IMG/VR virus record: IMGVR_UViG_3300005859_000005
Span: 1 to 30,373 of that record
Length of the DNA stretch: 30,373 bases
Direction: 5' to 3' (one strand)
Shown here: piece by piece, positions 1 through 8,230 of the stretch
How the letters are laid out: each line of letters opens with the position of its first letter
Numbering within the stretch: position 1 is the stretch's first letter
Translations under genes and position numbers: made by a program
The notes under the pieces: generated by a model
Seen by the model: only the letters and a program-made list of their open reading frames with translations
Told to the model about the DNA's origin: nothing
The model's database searches: none

Positions 1-11
1 ATTGTAAATAC

Positions 12-38
12 AAAGATAAAGATGTCTTTAAATTTGTC
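12..38 (+). promoter_or_regulatory. Rudiviral promoter (purine-rich BRE, TTTAAA TATA box, GTC)
   Basis: AAAGATAAAGATGTCTTTAAATTTGTC, 32 nt before ATG 70; near-identical TATA+GTC copies at 1563-1574, 2103-2114, 2583-2594, 3711-3722. Confidence 0.75.
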
Positions 39-69
39 ATAAGATATATTAAATTTTAAGTGTTTAAAG

Positions 70-327
70 ATGGTCTTAACTAAAAAGATAGAAAAAGTTG
101 AGACATATTTTTGTGAAAAATGTGGTAAAAAATTGCTAGAAAAATTGTCAAACAAAAATAATATAATTTATGATGGATGTGACCATTACATTTGGTATAT
201 TCTTCCATATGATTATTACGAAAAACAACCGACTGTGGAAGGTAAAAAATATGTAGAATGGTTAAAGAAAAATAAAGAAGTCATGGTATATGCTGGAAAA
301 GAGATATATTTTCTAATGAAAAAGTAA
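70..327 (+). CDS. Small putative Zn-binding protein (CxxC...CDHYxW), rudiviral terminal-region family; candidate anti-defence protein
   Basis: CEKC and CDHYIW motifs shared with 1094..1435; own promoter; T-tract after stop. Confidence 0.75.
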   Translation: MVLTKKIEKVETYFCEKCGKKLLEKLSNKNNIIYDGCDHYIWYILPYDYYEKQPTVEGKKYVEWLKKNKEVMVYAGKEIYFLMKK

Positions 328-480
328 TTATAGTTTTTTTGTTTCTAATTTTCAAATTCAGAATTCACATATTTACAGTTTCCAATTTCCTAATTTTGGA
401 AAAATTGAAAGTAGTTTTTCTCAGTTTACAATTCAAAATACTAAGCAGGTCAAAAATATAAGATAACGTTAATGACGTTA

Positions 481-563
481 AAAATAACGAAAAATGCAAA
501 CGTAAAAAAATAGAGATAAATTTATAAAGGGAGAATTACATATGTTATATTGGGGATAAAAAG
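481..563 (+). promoter_or_regulatory. Strong early-type promoter and SD
   Basis: AAAATAACGA...AGAGATAAATTTATAAAGGGAG...TGGGGATAAAAAG-ATG; same layout at 1011-1093. Confidence 0.7.
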
Positions 564-731
564 ATGAAAGTTGTACAAGTCGGACAAACAAAATATTACA
601 TACAAACAAAAGATGATTTAATAAACTTAGCTCAACAGCTTACAAGACAAGGCTACAATATTTCACAGATAGCAGATTTATTAGGCGTGACAGAAAGAAC
701 TGTTAAAAGATATTTGTCCGATTGTTGGTAA
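564..731 (+). CDS. 55-aa HTH DNA-binding protein, SIRV1 ORF56a/SIRV2 gp1-like (absent from ORF track)
   Basis: Hand translation MKVVQVGQTKYYIQTKDDLINLAQQLTRQGYNISQIADLLGVTERTVKRYLSDCW; HTH pattern QIADLLGVTERTVKRYL; GGGGA SD. Confidence 0.9.
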   Translation: MKVVQVGQTKYYIQTKDDLINLAQQLTRQGYNISQIADLLGVTERTVKRYLSDCW

Positions 732-900
732 GTTAGTAAGTTTTTTATTTTCCAAATTTCAAGTTACCAATTTTTTATTTTCTCATTCTACTTTTTCTTT
801 GTTTTTAATTTACAATATAGCCCAGATTATGGTCAATTTTTCTCCTTTTTGGAATAGGAATACAGTAAAGTCAGAAATTCAAATGTTGCATGCAGATGTG

Positions 901-1050
901 GGTTGCAAGGTTGCGAAAAGTTCGCAAATTGTGAGAGAAATGAAAAATGCTAATTAGCAATATGAGCAATATGAGCAATGAGAAAATCAAAGTTGAAAAG
1001 TTGAAAGATGAAAATAACGAGAGATAGAAAGATAAAAAGATAAAGATAAA
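901..1050. repeat. Cluster of short tandem and inverted repeats
   Basis: GGTTGC x2; TTGCGAA-aag-TTCGCAA hairpin 911-927; GCAATATGA x~2.5; AAGTTGAA x2; several AGATA(A/G)A units. Confidence 0.55.
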
Positions 1051-1093
1051 TTTAAATAGGAGAAGAGGGATAAATAATAATGGGGATGGGAAA
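1011..1093 (+). promoter_or_regulatory. Strong early-type promoter and SD
   Basis: AAAATAACGAGAGATA...AAAGATAAATTTAAATAGGAG...TGGGGATGGGAAA-ATG. Confidence 0.7.
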
Positions 1094-1435
1094 ATGAGTA
1101 AAGGAGAAAATGACGAAATAATAATAAAGGAAAAAAGTATTGATAATTCTAGTTATAGATTCAGAAGAGAAATTTACTGTCCAAAATGCCATTGGAGGCT
1201 AATGTCGGCACGTGTTTATATTGATTTAGGAACGCTTGTGATTGATGAAAAATGGGATTGCGATCATTATTATTGGGATATATCGTGGTGTGACCCTAAT
1301 AATTTTGACCCTGATTATTGGAAGTGTAAGCTAATGAAACCGTTATTCGACGAATTAGGGGATAGGATTGTCCTTGTTGTTAGTGCATCAGACGGTTATT
1401 ATTTACTTGTTAAACAGAAGACAAAAAGGAAATAA
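1094..1435 (+). CDS. Cys/Trp-rich putative Zn-binding protein (CPKC...CDHYYW), paralog of 70..327; candidate anti-defence protein
   Basis: Shared motif pattern, C-terminal YYLLVK strand, own promoter and SD. Confidence 0.75.
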   Translation: MSKGENDEIIIKEKSIDNSSYRFRREIYCPKCHWRLMSARVYIDLGTLVIDEKWDCDHYYWDISWCDPNNFDPDYWKCKLMKPLFDELGDRIVLVVSASDGYYLLVKQKTKRK

Positions 1436-1607
1436 TATAGTTATAAGAAATAATATTTTTTATTTTCTTAATTTTTAGTTCTAATTCTATCAATAATTTT
1501 TCTCAATTTACAAATATTAATAAAAAGTTAAAGAAAATTGTAAATGTAAAGGTAAAGAAGGTTTTAAATTTGTCATAATTTCTATATTCTTTTAGGAGGA
1601 AAAGAAA

Positions 1608-2060
1608 ATGTTGGATTTATCAAAAATAAATGAAATAATTAATCAATTAGAAATACTAAAATGTGAAATTATGGAATTACAAGAACAGATAGAAAATCCA
1701 GAATATATAAAACTTAAACAATATTTATTCGAAAATTTGGCTCAAGTTACGAATGACAAGTATATTGGTTCTGTGATTTTTATCGATAATAATAATGTTA
1801 AATATATAACTTTAAATGACTTAGATTCAGGTGATTTTAATTACATTATCTATAATAATAAGGCATATGATTGGTATAAACGTGAATTTTATGATGGTAA
1901 ACTTGTTATATATTATACCGAAGAATATAACATTCCAGAGAATATTATCATGATACTAAAAACAATTCCAGAATCTATTATCAGTAATGCAAAATATTCA
2001 CATTTTAAATTATATTGCCTTTTGAAAAAAAATTATAAATTTGAATTTGTTAAGGTATAA
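1608..2060 (+). CDS. Hypothetical protein with N-terminal coiled coil
   Basis: 150-aa ORF, TATA+GTC promoter, AGGAGG SD. Confidence 0.75.
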   Translation: MLDLSKINEIINQLEILKCEIMELQEQIENPEYIKLKQYLFENLAQVTNDKYIGSVIFIDNNNVKYITLNDLDSGDFNYIIYNNKAYDWYKREFYDGKLVIYYTEEYNIPENIIMILKTIPESIISNAKYSHFKLYCLLKKNYKFEFVKV

Positions 2061-2154
2061 TGTCATTTTTTTGTAATTTTGAAATTTAATGTTAAAAATG
2101 TTTTTAAATTTGTCCTAAGGGATAAAAGGGTTTAAGAGGGGATTAGAGATAATT

Positions 2155-2550
2155 ATGGATGAAAAGTTTATAACATCATTAAAATTAAAACGGAAAACAT
2201 TAATACCAGATTCTGTTTATTCACAACAATTTATATCATCTTTCTTTTTCAATTTTATCGATAATGAGGATAATTATATTGTTCTAACATTTTTTATGAA
2301 AAATGTATTTAGAATATACTTAGATGTCTGGAGAAAACGGGATGAATTTATCGAATATCTGAGAAAGTTTAAGAATGAATTTGAGGATACATATAACTAT
2401 TATCAAAAGCTTCTATTTACTACAAAACAAAATATATTCGAGAAAACTGGAGCCATAGCATGTTTTTTTACTTTTGATGATGATTTAAGAGAAATTTTAA
2501 CAGTATATGTTAATGAATTATTTTGTAATTTTATTGAAAAGCTAAAATAA
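2155..2550 (+). CDS. Hypothetical helical protein
   Basis: 131-aa ORF, TATA+GTC promoter 2103-2114, GAGGGG upstream. Confidence 0.7.
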   Translation: MDEKFITSLKLKRKTLIPDSVYSQQFISSFFFNFIDNEDNYIVLTFFMKNVFRIYLDVWRKRDEFIEYLRKFKNEFEDTYNYYQKLLFTTKQNIFEKTGAIACFFTFDDDLREILTVYVNELFCNFIEKLK

Positions 2551-2627
2551 AGAAAAAATTATGGCAAAAAGATAAAGATGTTTTTAAATTTGTCCTAAAG
2601 AATATACATTTTTAGGTTGATAAAAAG

Positions 2628-3191
2628 ATGGGAAATTTAAGAGTTCAAGTTCAATATAAAGATGGGAAATACCCTTACTTTTTCGATAAGGAGTTAAATA
2701 TAACTGGAATAGGTTCTAGAAATAAAGGTAGAGTTATTTATACGAGCGGGAAATTGGTTAAAGAAGAAAATGGGAAAAGTTATATTGATTTTGAACAGAT
2801 TAGTCCAATAGTTGTTAAACTACAAAATGCTAAAATAACGGTTACACAGTTAGGAACTTTAGTAATAAAACCAGAAGAAGGTTCAACACTTTATGTTGTA
2901 GAAATTCCAGGCGGATATAGGGGAAGTCCTACTACTGAAATTTTATATGGAGATTGCCAGAAGACTAGTATATTAATGTCTCCTGCTGGAAGTTTAGGCG
3001 TTATAGAACATCTTTGGTGTAATGGGAATAGTGAATTTTTGTACAGTATTTCTGGTAGAACTAGGACTGCTGGATTTGGAAGTCTTGTCGATTTATTTGG
3101 AGAAAATTTGAATGGGCGGATAGTAATAAGAGATGGAAATGTTAAGATAACTTATGATAAGGAATTAGATAAATTGTTAGATGATTCTTAA
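2628..3191 (+). CDS. Beta-rich hypothetical protein (GGYRG and SPAGSLG motifs); candidate anti-defence protein
   Basis: 187-aa Gly-rich ORF with own promoter. Confidence 0.75.
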   Translation: MGNLRVQVQYKDGKYPYFFDKELNITGIGSRNKGRVIYTSGKLVKEENGKSYIDFEQISPIVVKLQNAKITVTQLGTLVIKPEEGSTLYVVEIPGGYRGSPTTEILYGDCQKTSILMSPAGSLGVIEHLWCNGNSEFLYSISGRTRTAGFGSLVDLFGENLNGRIVIRDGNVKITYDKELDKLLDDS

Positions 3192-3203
3192 AGAGGGATA
3201 AAA

Positions 3204-3338
3204 ATGGAAATAAAGATAATTTGTTGGGGAAAAGGTGGAGGATTAGTTTATTGGGCAGAAAATTACGAAGAAGAAAGAAAAATTACGGAATATTGTAAAA
3301 AGGAAGGTTTCGAAATTGAATACGAAATAAAACCGTAA
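3204..3338 (+). CDS. 44-aa small protein (absent from ORF track)
   Basis: MEIKIICWGKGGGLVYWAENYEEERKITEYCKKEGFEIEYEIKP; GAGGGA SD; T-tract follows. Confidence 0.65.
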   Translation: MEIKIICWGKGGGLVYWAENYEEERKITEYCKKEGFEIEYEIKP

Positions 3339-3431
3339 GTTAAATGTTCTTTTTTTCTATACCTATTTTTTATCTTCCTGAAAAGATATATATTTGTCAT
3401 AATTTTTCAATTAATTTGGGATGATGAGAAA

Positions 3432-3617
3432 ATGGTTCTGACCGAGGAACAAAAAGAAATTTTAGAAAGAATGTATAATAGAACAGATTACATTATCCGA
3501 AAATATAAAGAATATTTAGATGCATTATCTGAATTTGATAAAACTGGTATATTGAAAATTCATGGGAAAGTTCTTTATGTAAGAAAATACAATAATCAAG
3601 AAAATGAAAATATGTAA
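3432..3617 (+). CDS. 61-aa protein; possible antitoxin mimic (Phd/Doc-type neutralising helix)
   Basis: IIRKYKEYLDALSEFDKTG amphipathic helix; promoter 3387-3398 and GGGATGA SD; function inferred. Confidence 0.55.
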   Translation: MVLTEEQKEILERMYNRTDYIIRKYKEYLDALSEFDKTGILKIHGKVLYVRKYNNQENENM

Positions 3618-3757
3618 TTTTGTTTTCTTTTTTTATGTCAAATTTTTCTCTTGTTTGTTATAATATTACAAATGCTTAAAAAAATTTTGAATTCGAAAGA
3701 TAAAGAGGGTTTTATATTTGTCCTAAAAAATATGTAATTTTAGGGGCGAAAAAGCCC

Positions 3758-4486
3758 ATGACACAAGAAACCCAAGATAGGAAGTTTGAGATAAAGACAA
3801 TAAAAGAAGTAAAATATCTTCCTAATGTTTTCCAACTAAGACATCAAAATGGACAAATATCTACAATAACTACAAGTTATGGAGATTTTATAGATTGTAG
3901 ACCGAAAGAAGACAAGTTTTTTGGATGTCTTGAACTAAGAGATTATGAACTTAAGAGAACAAAAAATGTATATTATGTTCCTGGGATTCCGATATTCTAT
4001 ATAACATTTGAGAAAAGTTTATTCCAAAGTAAAAAACATGTAGAACCTATTGTTACAACAATTTTAACAAATTTTGGACTAATTGATAGAAATTTATTAA
4101 TTACATATACTGGACATGAAATACAAATGTATTCAAGATTCCATAAAGCACAATTACATGAATTTCCATTAATTCATGTCCATAAAAATTTAGAATTTTA
4201 CGAAGTTCCAAAAGCAGACCCTAAAGTTGAATATGACTTTGAGGACACAGACACAATAACAATCTATGATTATGAAATTAAATTTCCAGACATAGTTATG
4301 GTCTCGGAATTATATTCGGAGCCAGGGAAAGCATATCTAGTGTATCCAGAGAATAATATGGAAATAATTGTAACATCTTCCAAAAATGAAGGATTTACAA
4401 TTATGTTACATAAAGATAAATATTATCTTATAACTCATCCAGAAATAGAAGAAGAAAATGAAGGTGAAATGAATGGGAATTCTTGA
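3758..4486 (+). CDS. acrIIIB1: AcrIIIB1-like anti-CRISPR protein (SIRV2 gp48/ORF249 family)
   Basis: C-terminal YEVPKADPK...TITIYDYEIKFP...GKAYLVYPE...KDKYYLITHP matches my recollection of AcrIIIB1; size (242 aa) and position fit. Confidence 0.7.
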   Translation: MTQETQDRKFEIKTIKEVKYLPNVFQLRHQNGQISTITTSYGDFIDCRPKEDKFFGCLELRDYELKRTKNVYYVPGIPIFYITFEKSLFQSKKHVEPIVTTILTNFGLIDRNLLITYTGHEIQMYSRFHKAQLHEFPLIHVHKNLEFYEVPKADPKVEYDFEDTDTITIYDYEIKFPDIVMVSELYSEPGKAYLVYPENNMEIIVTSSKNEGFTIMLHKDKYYLITHPEIEEENEGEMNGNS

Positions 4487-4787
4487 TGGAGATGACGATT
4501 TACTTGGAGATATAACAATAAAAAAACACAAAAATTATTTCGAAATTATATTTACTAAGAGTTACAGATGTAGGATTTCAGATTATAAAGAAAATTATTG
4601 TTTAGTAGAACATATAAATAACGACAGCCTTTCTAATGTTTATTTTATTAATTATGAAGATTTAAAAGTAAAAAATCTTGAAGAATTATTTTGTTTATTA
4701 ATAAAAGAACCTAATAAAATGATAAAAGTATTAACAGAGAATGATTTATCAATAGACAAATTTATTATAAAATATTATAAAGATTAA
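4473..4787 (+). CDS. Hypothetical protein overlapping the acrIIIB1-like gene (SIRV2 gp47-like position)
   Basis: 104-aa ORF, GGTGA SD inside the upstream gene. Confidence 0.7.
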   Translation: MGILDGDDDLLGDITIKKHKNYFEIIFTKSYRCRISDYKENYCLVEHINNDSLSNVYFINYEDLKVKNLEELFCLLIKEPNKMIKVLTENDLSIDKFIIKYYKD

Positions 4788-4806
4788 TTCTTTTTTAGGT
4801 GAGATT

Positions 4807-5037
4807 ATGATAGAAAAAGATGAAAATGGTTATCATTTAATTTATGGTCACGGAAAGATAGATTTAGGAACTGATTTACAAAAAACTATTGATAATATAC
4901 TTGAATTATTGATTAAATTGAGAGAAACAGAGAAATTATTAAATGAACTTAAGATTAGTGATATAGATGTAATAGATATAAAACATATGATAGAATTTTA
5001 TAGCTTTGTTTTATTAGAAATTTATAAGAGTTTATAA
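4807..5037 (+). CDS. Hypothetical protein
   Basis: 76-aa ORF, AGGTGA SD, T-tract at ~5044-5055. Confidence 0.7.
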   Translation: MIEKDENGYHLIYGHGKIDLGTDLQKTIDNILELLIKLRETEKLLNELKISDIDVIDIKHMIEFYSFVLLEIYKSL

Positions 5038-5116
5038 ATCTAATTTTCTTTTTTTCTGAAATTTGGAAATTATATTATTAAGCAATTTTTTAATTGTCAT
5101 TTCCTAACTTTAGTTC

Positions 5117-5311
5117 ATGGAATGTGAAATATGGAAATATTTTATTAGTGGAAAAACTCATGACCTTTATGGACTAATAATTCTCTTTATCCTATCTTTT
5201 ATTCTTTATTTTTCAGTTCAAAATGAGTTTCTGAAATTGATTATAGTTTTTCAACTTATAATTATAACTGGAATTTTTGTAGATTTATGGTCTCATTGTT
5301 TTCATCATTAA
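5117..5311 (+). CDS. Small two-TM membrane protein
   Basis: Two hydrophobic segments; GTC 19 nt before ATG (leaderless pattern). Confidence 0.65.
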   Translation: MECEIWKYFISGKTHDLYGLIILFILSFILYFSVQNEFLKLIIVFQLIIITGIFVDLWSHCFHH

Positions 5312-5333
5312 AAAAACAAAAAAATAGATTAGT

Positions 5334-6044
5334 TTAAAATATCTTTTTTAATCTATCTACAATTTTTTCTATATCTTTTACGAACGATTTTACAGTACTT
5401 ACATCACTTTCTGGAAGTTCTAATATTAGTCTTTGCGTAACAATTTGTTCTAGATTATCAACTAAAAATTGATAGCTTTGGATAATGTAAGGGTCTGGAG
5501 GATAATTTACATAAATTCCAGTCTGATATTCATATTCAATAATTTCTGTAAAGTCATAAACTACAGTAAATAGATTCTGATTTAATGGAGTTACTTCCAA
5601 TAATTGTCCAGACAAACTTTGTAGACCAATAAAACCATATTCTGGAGCTATAATTACAGAGTTTGGCGGAATTTGAAAAACAAAAGCTATAGTTCTATTG
5701 TCCAATTTATTCCTTACAATTGCTAAAGAATAAAGTGGAATATTTTGCAAATTAGTTATAAAGTTTGACAAGTCATTGGCAAAATAAACTTCTGCAAAAG
5801 CATTTCCGAATAAATAGTTTGGAATTGTATAAGTCTGACCATTTAACGTTATTTCTGCCCCTCTGAGAAGTGATACAAGTATTGGGGAATTTGTTTTGTT
5901 TTGCATTATCCAATCTACTCTTCCTTGTGATTGATTGTATGTATAATATAGAGCCAATTTTTCATTTTGCCATAATAAGTTTGCATTTTGTGGTATAGAT
6001 GTATTTACTTTAATTTGTTTTATATCTGTATATGTCTTTCTCAT
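5334..6044 (-). CDS. Hypothetical beta-rich protein (possibly SIRV1 ORF241-like)
   Basis: 236-aa ORF; minus-strand TATA+GTC at 6071-6083. Confidence 0.7.
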   Translation of the reverse strand: MRKTYTDIKQIKVNTSIPQNANLLWQNEKLALYYTYNQSQGRVDWIMQNKTNSPILVSLLRGAEITLNGQTYTIPNYLFGNAFAEVYFANDLSNFITNLQNIPLYSLAIVRNKLDNRTIAFVFQIPPNSVIIAPEYGFIGLQSLSGQLLEVTPLNQNLFTVVYDFTEIIEYEYQTGIYVNYPPDPYIIQSYQFLVDNLEQIVTQRLILELPESDVSTVKSFVKDIEKIVDRLKKIF

Positions 6045-6146
6045 TTTAGTTCAAATTAAGATTAAATTATGACATTTAAAAAACTTGAAAGTAAGGTTAA
6101 AAATATTTTTAAATATGTCATATTTCTAAACAGAATATGATTAGAT

Positions 6147-6668
6147 ATGTATATAGTTTTACGGGAATTGGATAAAGAAAAGTTTAGAAAAAATGTTATT
6201 ACATGGTTAGATGCGGATAATGTTATTGAAAGTTGTTATACTGATTTTAAGTACATTTTAACAGAAACAATAATCCAAATGATTTCTGAAACTGTAGAAA
6301 AAGATGATTGGAATTTACAATATTTTAATGACAAAGAATTAGAAAAATTGTTTAAAGCGTTTATGGAAAATTCTAAAATTACAGTACAATTAGTTAAACA
6401 GATTAATGAGATAAATTATGCATTTGATGAAATTATTGTTGAATTTGATTTATCAGAATTTGAGAAGAAAGAAATTGCAGAAATATATCTTGATAATATA
6501 CTTAATGAATGTCAATATCTAGAAAGATGTATATTTGATAGTTTGGAGGAAAAAAATGTAGATTTAATAGCAGAACTTCTTAATGACCAGACTTATCAAA
6601 TTCTAAGTCCCGAAGAAATAAAGAACAAATTTAAGAGCAAAATAGAGAAAATTATAAATAACGAATAA
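6147..6668 (+). CDS. Acidic helical hypothetical protein, tandem paralog 1
   Basis: Shares ELDK, ESCYT, TIIQM, AFMENS, LSPEEI with the next ORF. Confidence 0.8.
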   Translation: MYIVLRELDKEKFRKNVITWLDADNVIESCYTDFKYILTETIIQMISETVEKDDWNLQYFNDKELEKLFKAFMENSKITVQLVKQINEINYAFDEIIVEFDLSEFEKKEIAEIYLDNILNECQYLERCIFDSLEEKNVDLIAELLNDQTYQILSPEEIKNKFKSKIEKIINNE

Positions 6669-6755
6669 TTTATATTTTAAAAAATCTCTAAATTAAAATT
6701 CAAAGGCATTTTTATATTTGTCATAATTTATAAATTGATTCGAGAGGATAAAAAA

Positions 6756-7304
6756 ATGATAAATCAAATCGAAAATATAGTTTTAAAAGAATTAGATAAA
6801 TATAAATTTAATGAGAATATAGAATCAGGATTAAAATGGGATAATATTAGTGAAAGTTGTTATACAAATTTCAAAGATATTATAGTCAAAACAATAATCC
6901 AAATGGTTCATGAAATTTTAGATGGAAATGATTGGAAAATTAAAGCTTTTGAAAAGAATAAGAAAGAAAAAATATTTAATGCATTTATGGAAAATTCTAG
7001 TTTTGAAGTTTTATTAAGTAAATCAGATAACACATTAAAAAAAGTTATTGTAGAACTTAATTTCACAGAAGACGAGAAAAAGAAAATAGCAAAAACATAC
7101 ATAGACTCATTGTTAGAAGGTTACTATTATTTAGATATATGTATTTTTATTGATTTAGACGAAATAAATGTAAATACAATTTCGAAAGTTTTAAGTGACG
7201 AAGTTTATAGATTGTTAAGTCCAGAAGAAATAATAGAGAAATTTAAAGATAAAATAGAAGAGGCTATTAATGTAATAGAAGGTTATAACGAAGATTTTGA
7301 ATAA
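6756..7304 (+). CDS. Acidic helical hypothetical protein, tandem paralog 2 (start moved to ATG 6756)
   Basis: GAGAGGA SD before ATG 6756; promoter 6711-6722; paralog of 6147..6668. Confidence 0.8.
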   Translation: MINQIENIVLKELDKYKFNENIESGLKWDNISESCYTNFKDIIVKTIIQMVHEILDGNDWKIKAFEKNKKEKIFNAFMENSSFEVLLSKSDNTLKKVIVELNFTEDEKKKIAKTYIDSLLEGYYYLDICIFIDLDEINVNTISKVLSDEVYRLLSPEEIIEKFKDKIEEAINVIEGYNEDFE

Positions 7305-8230
7305 ATGTTTTTTTCTTTTTCTTTCTTTTTCTTTATCATTTTTTCCTTTAATATATCGTTAGCAATTCTATAATTTCTAATTATTTCTAACGTTAATCTG
7401 TCTAGACCCATTTTCCTTAATTTGTTAGCATATCTTGTATATTTGTTATCTATATTCCATTTGTTGTAAAGTAACATGTAAGCGTTAATCATTTCTAGAA
7501 TTTTTCTATTTGTTAAATCATATTCAAATGGGAAGTGAATCTTGTCTAAAAATTCAAATAATTGTTCTTTTTCTTCTTCCGTAATCTTATACCTTTCCCT
7601 CTCTGTTCTTCTATTTCCTACATATTTTCTTCTTCCGTCGAACCAATAGATGTCTCTATATGCCATAGTCTTTGAATATGACGCTGTATCCATACTATCG
7701 GCAAAGTTAAAAGCTTGTAAAAAATATGGAGCTACCATACCAAGAACGTGAAGATAAGGAACTTTCCGTCTTACGTAATAAACCCATGGAAATGTATAGA
7801 TTAGAACTTTCAATTTTGAAGAAGCTACAAGACCTCCTATTGCAAAATAGTAAGTATATTGTTTATAAAAATCTATAGCTTCGTCTACATCTTGAATTGG
7901 ATAGATATGTATGACGGGAATAATTTTTTCTATCCATTCCATTTTTGTGTAAAGATATTCAAAATATTGAAAATTTCGTTTGTCTAGAGGAGAAAACATA
8001 CTGGCAATATCAAGAGAAAAAAAGGCATAAGCGTCCAATCGTTTATATTTTTCTAGAATATCCTTCACAGAAATATGTAGATTGTAAAGTACAATTTGAT
8101 AGCCCCCGCTATCTACCCATGTCTCATTTTTCCATGTTATTTTTTTGAAACGTAATTGGTTAATTAAAACTGGAAAATTTGTCTTTAAAATATAGGTCGA
8201 TGTTGAGCTTAAACCAAAGACAAGTTTCAT
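7283..8230 (-). CDS. TGT/DpdA-like guanine transglycosylase (SIRV2 ORF310-like)
   Basis: VDSGGYQ, SLD, IPVIH, AIGGLV, LHVLG and SMDTAS motifs of the TGT fold. Confidence 0.85.
   Translation of the reverse strand: MKLVFGLSSTSTYILKTNFPVLINQLRFKKITWKNETWVDSGGYQIVLYNLHISVKDILEKYKRLDAYAFFSLDIASMFSPLDKRNFQYFEYLYTKMEWIEKIIPVIHIYPIQDVDEAIDFYKQYTYYFAIGGLVASSKLKVLIYTFPWVYYVRRKVPYLHVLGMVAPYFLQAFNFADSMDTASYSKTMAYRDIYWFDGRRKYVGNRRTERERYKITEEEKEQLFEFLDKIHFPFEYDLTNRKILEMINAYMLLYNKWNIDNKYTRYANKLRKMGLDRLTLEIIRNYRIANDILKEKMIKKKKEKEKNIYSKSSL

Noticed and set aside
1-560. Genome terminus or hairpin
   Set aside because: No full AATTTAGGAATTTAGGAATTT motif or terminal hairpin seen; an ITR cannot be shown without the other end
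70-5037. AcrID1 homolog
   Set aside because: No ORF resembles the acidic ~96-103-aa AcrID1 pattern as I recall it
6908-7102. 64-aa minus ORF
   Set aside because: Antisense shadow of the 6756..7304 paralog
7945-8148. 67-aa plus ORF
   Set aside because: Antisense to the TGT-like gene; no promoter or SD
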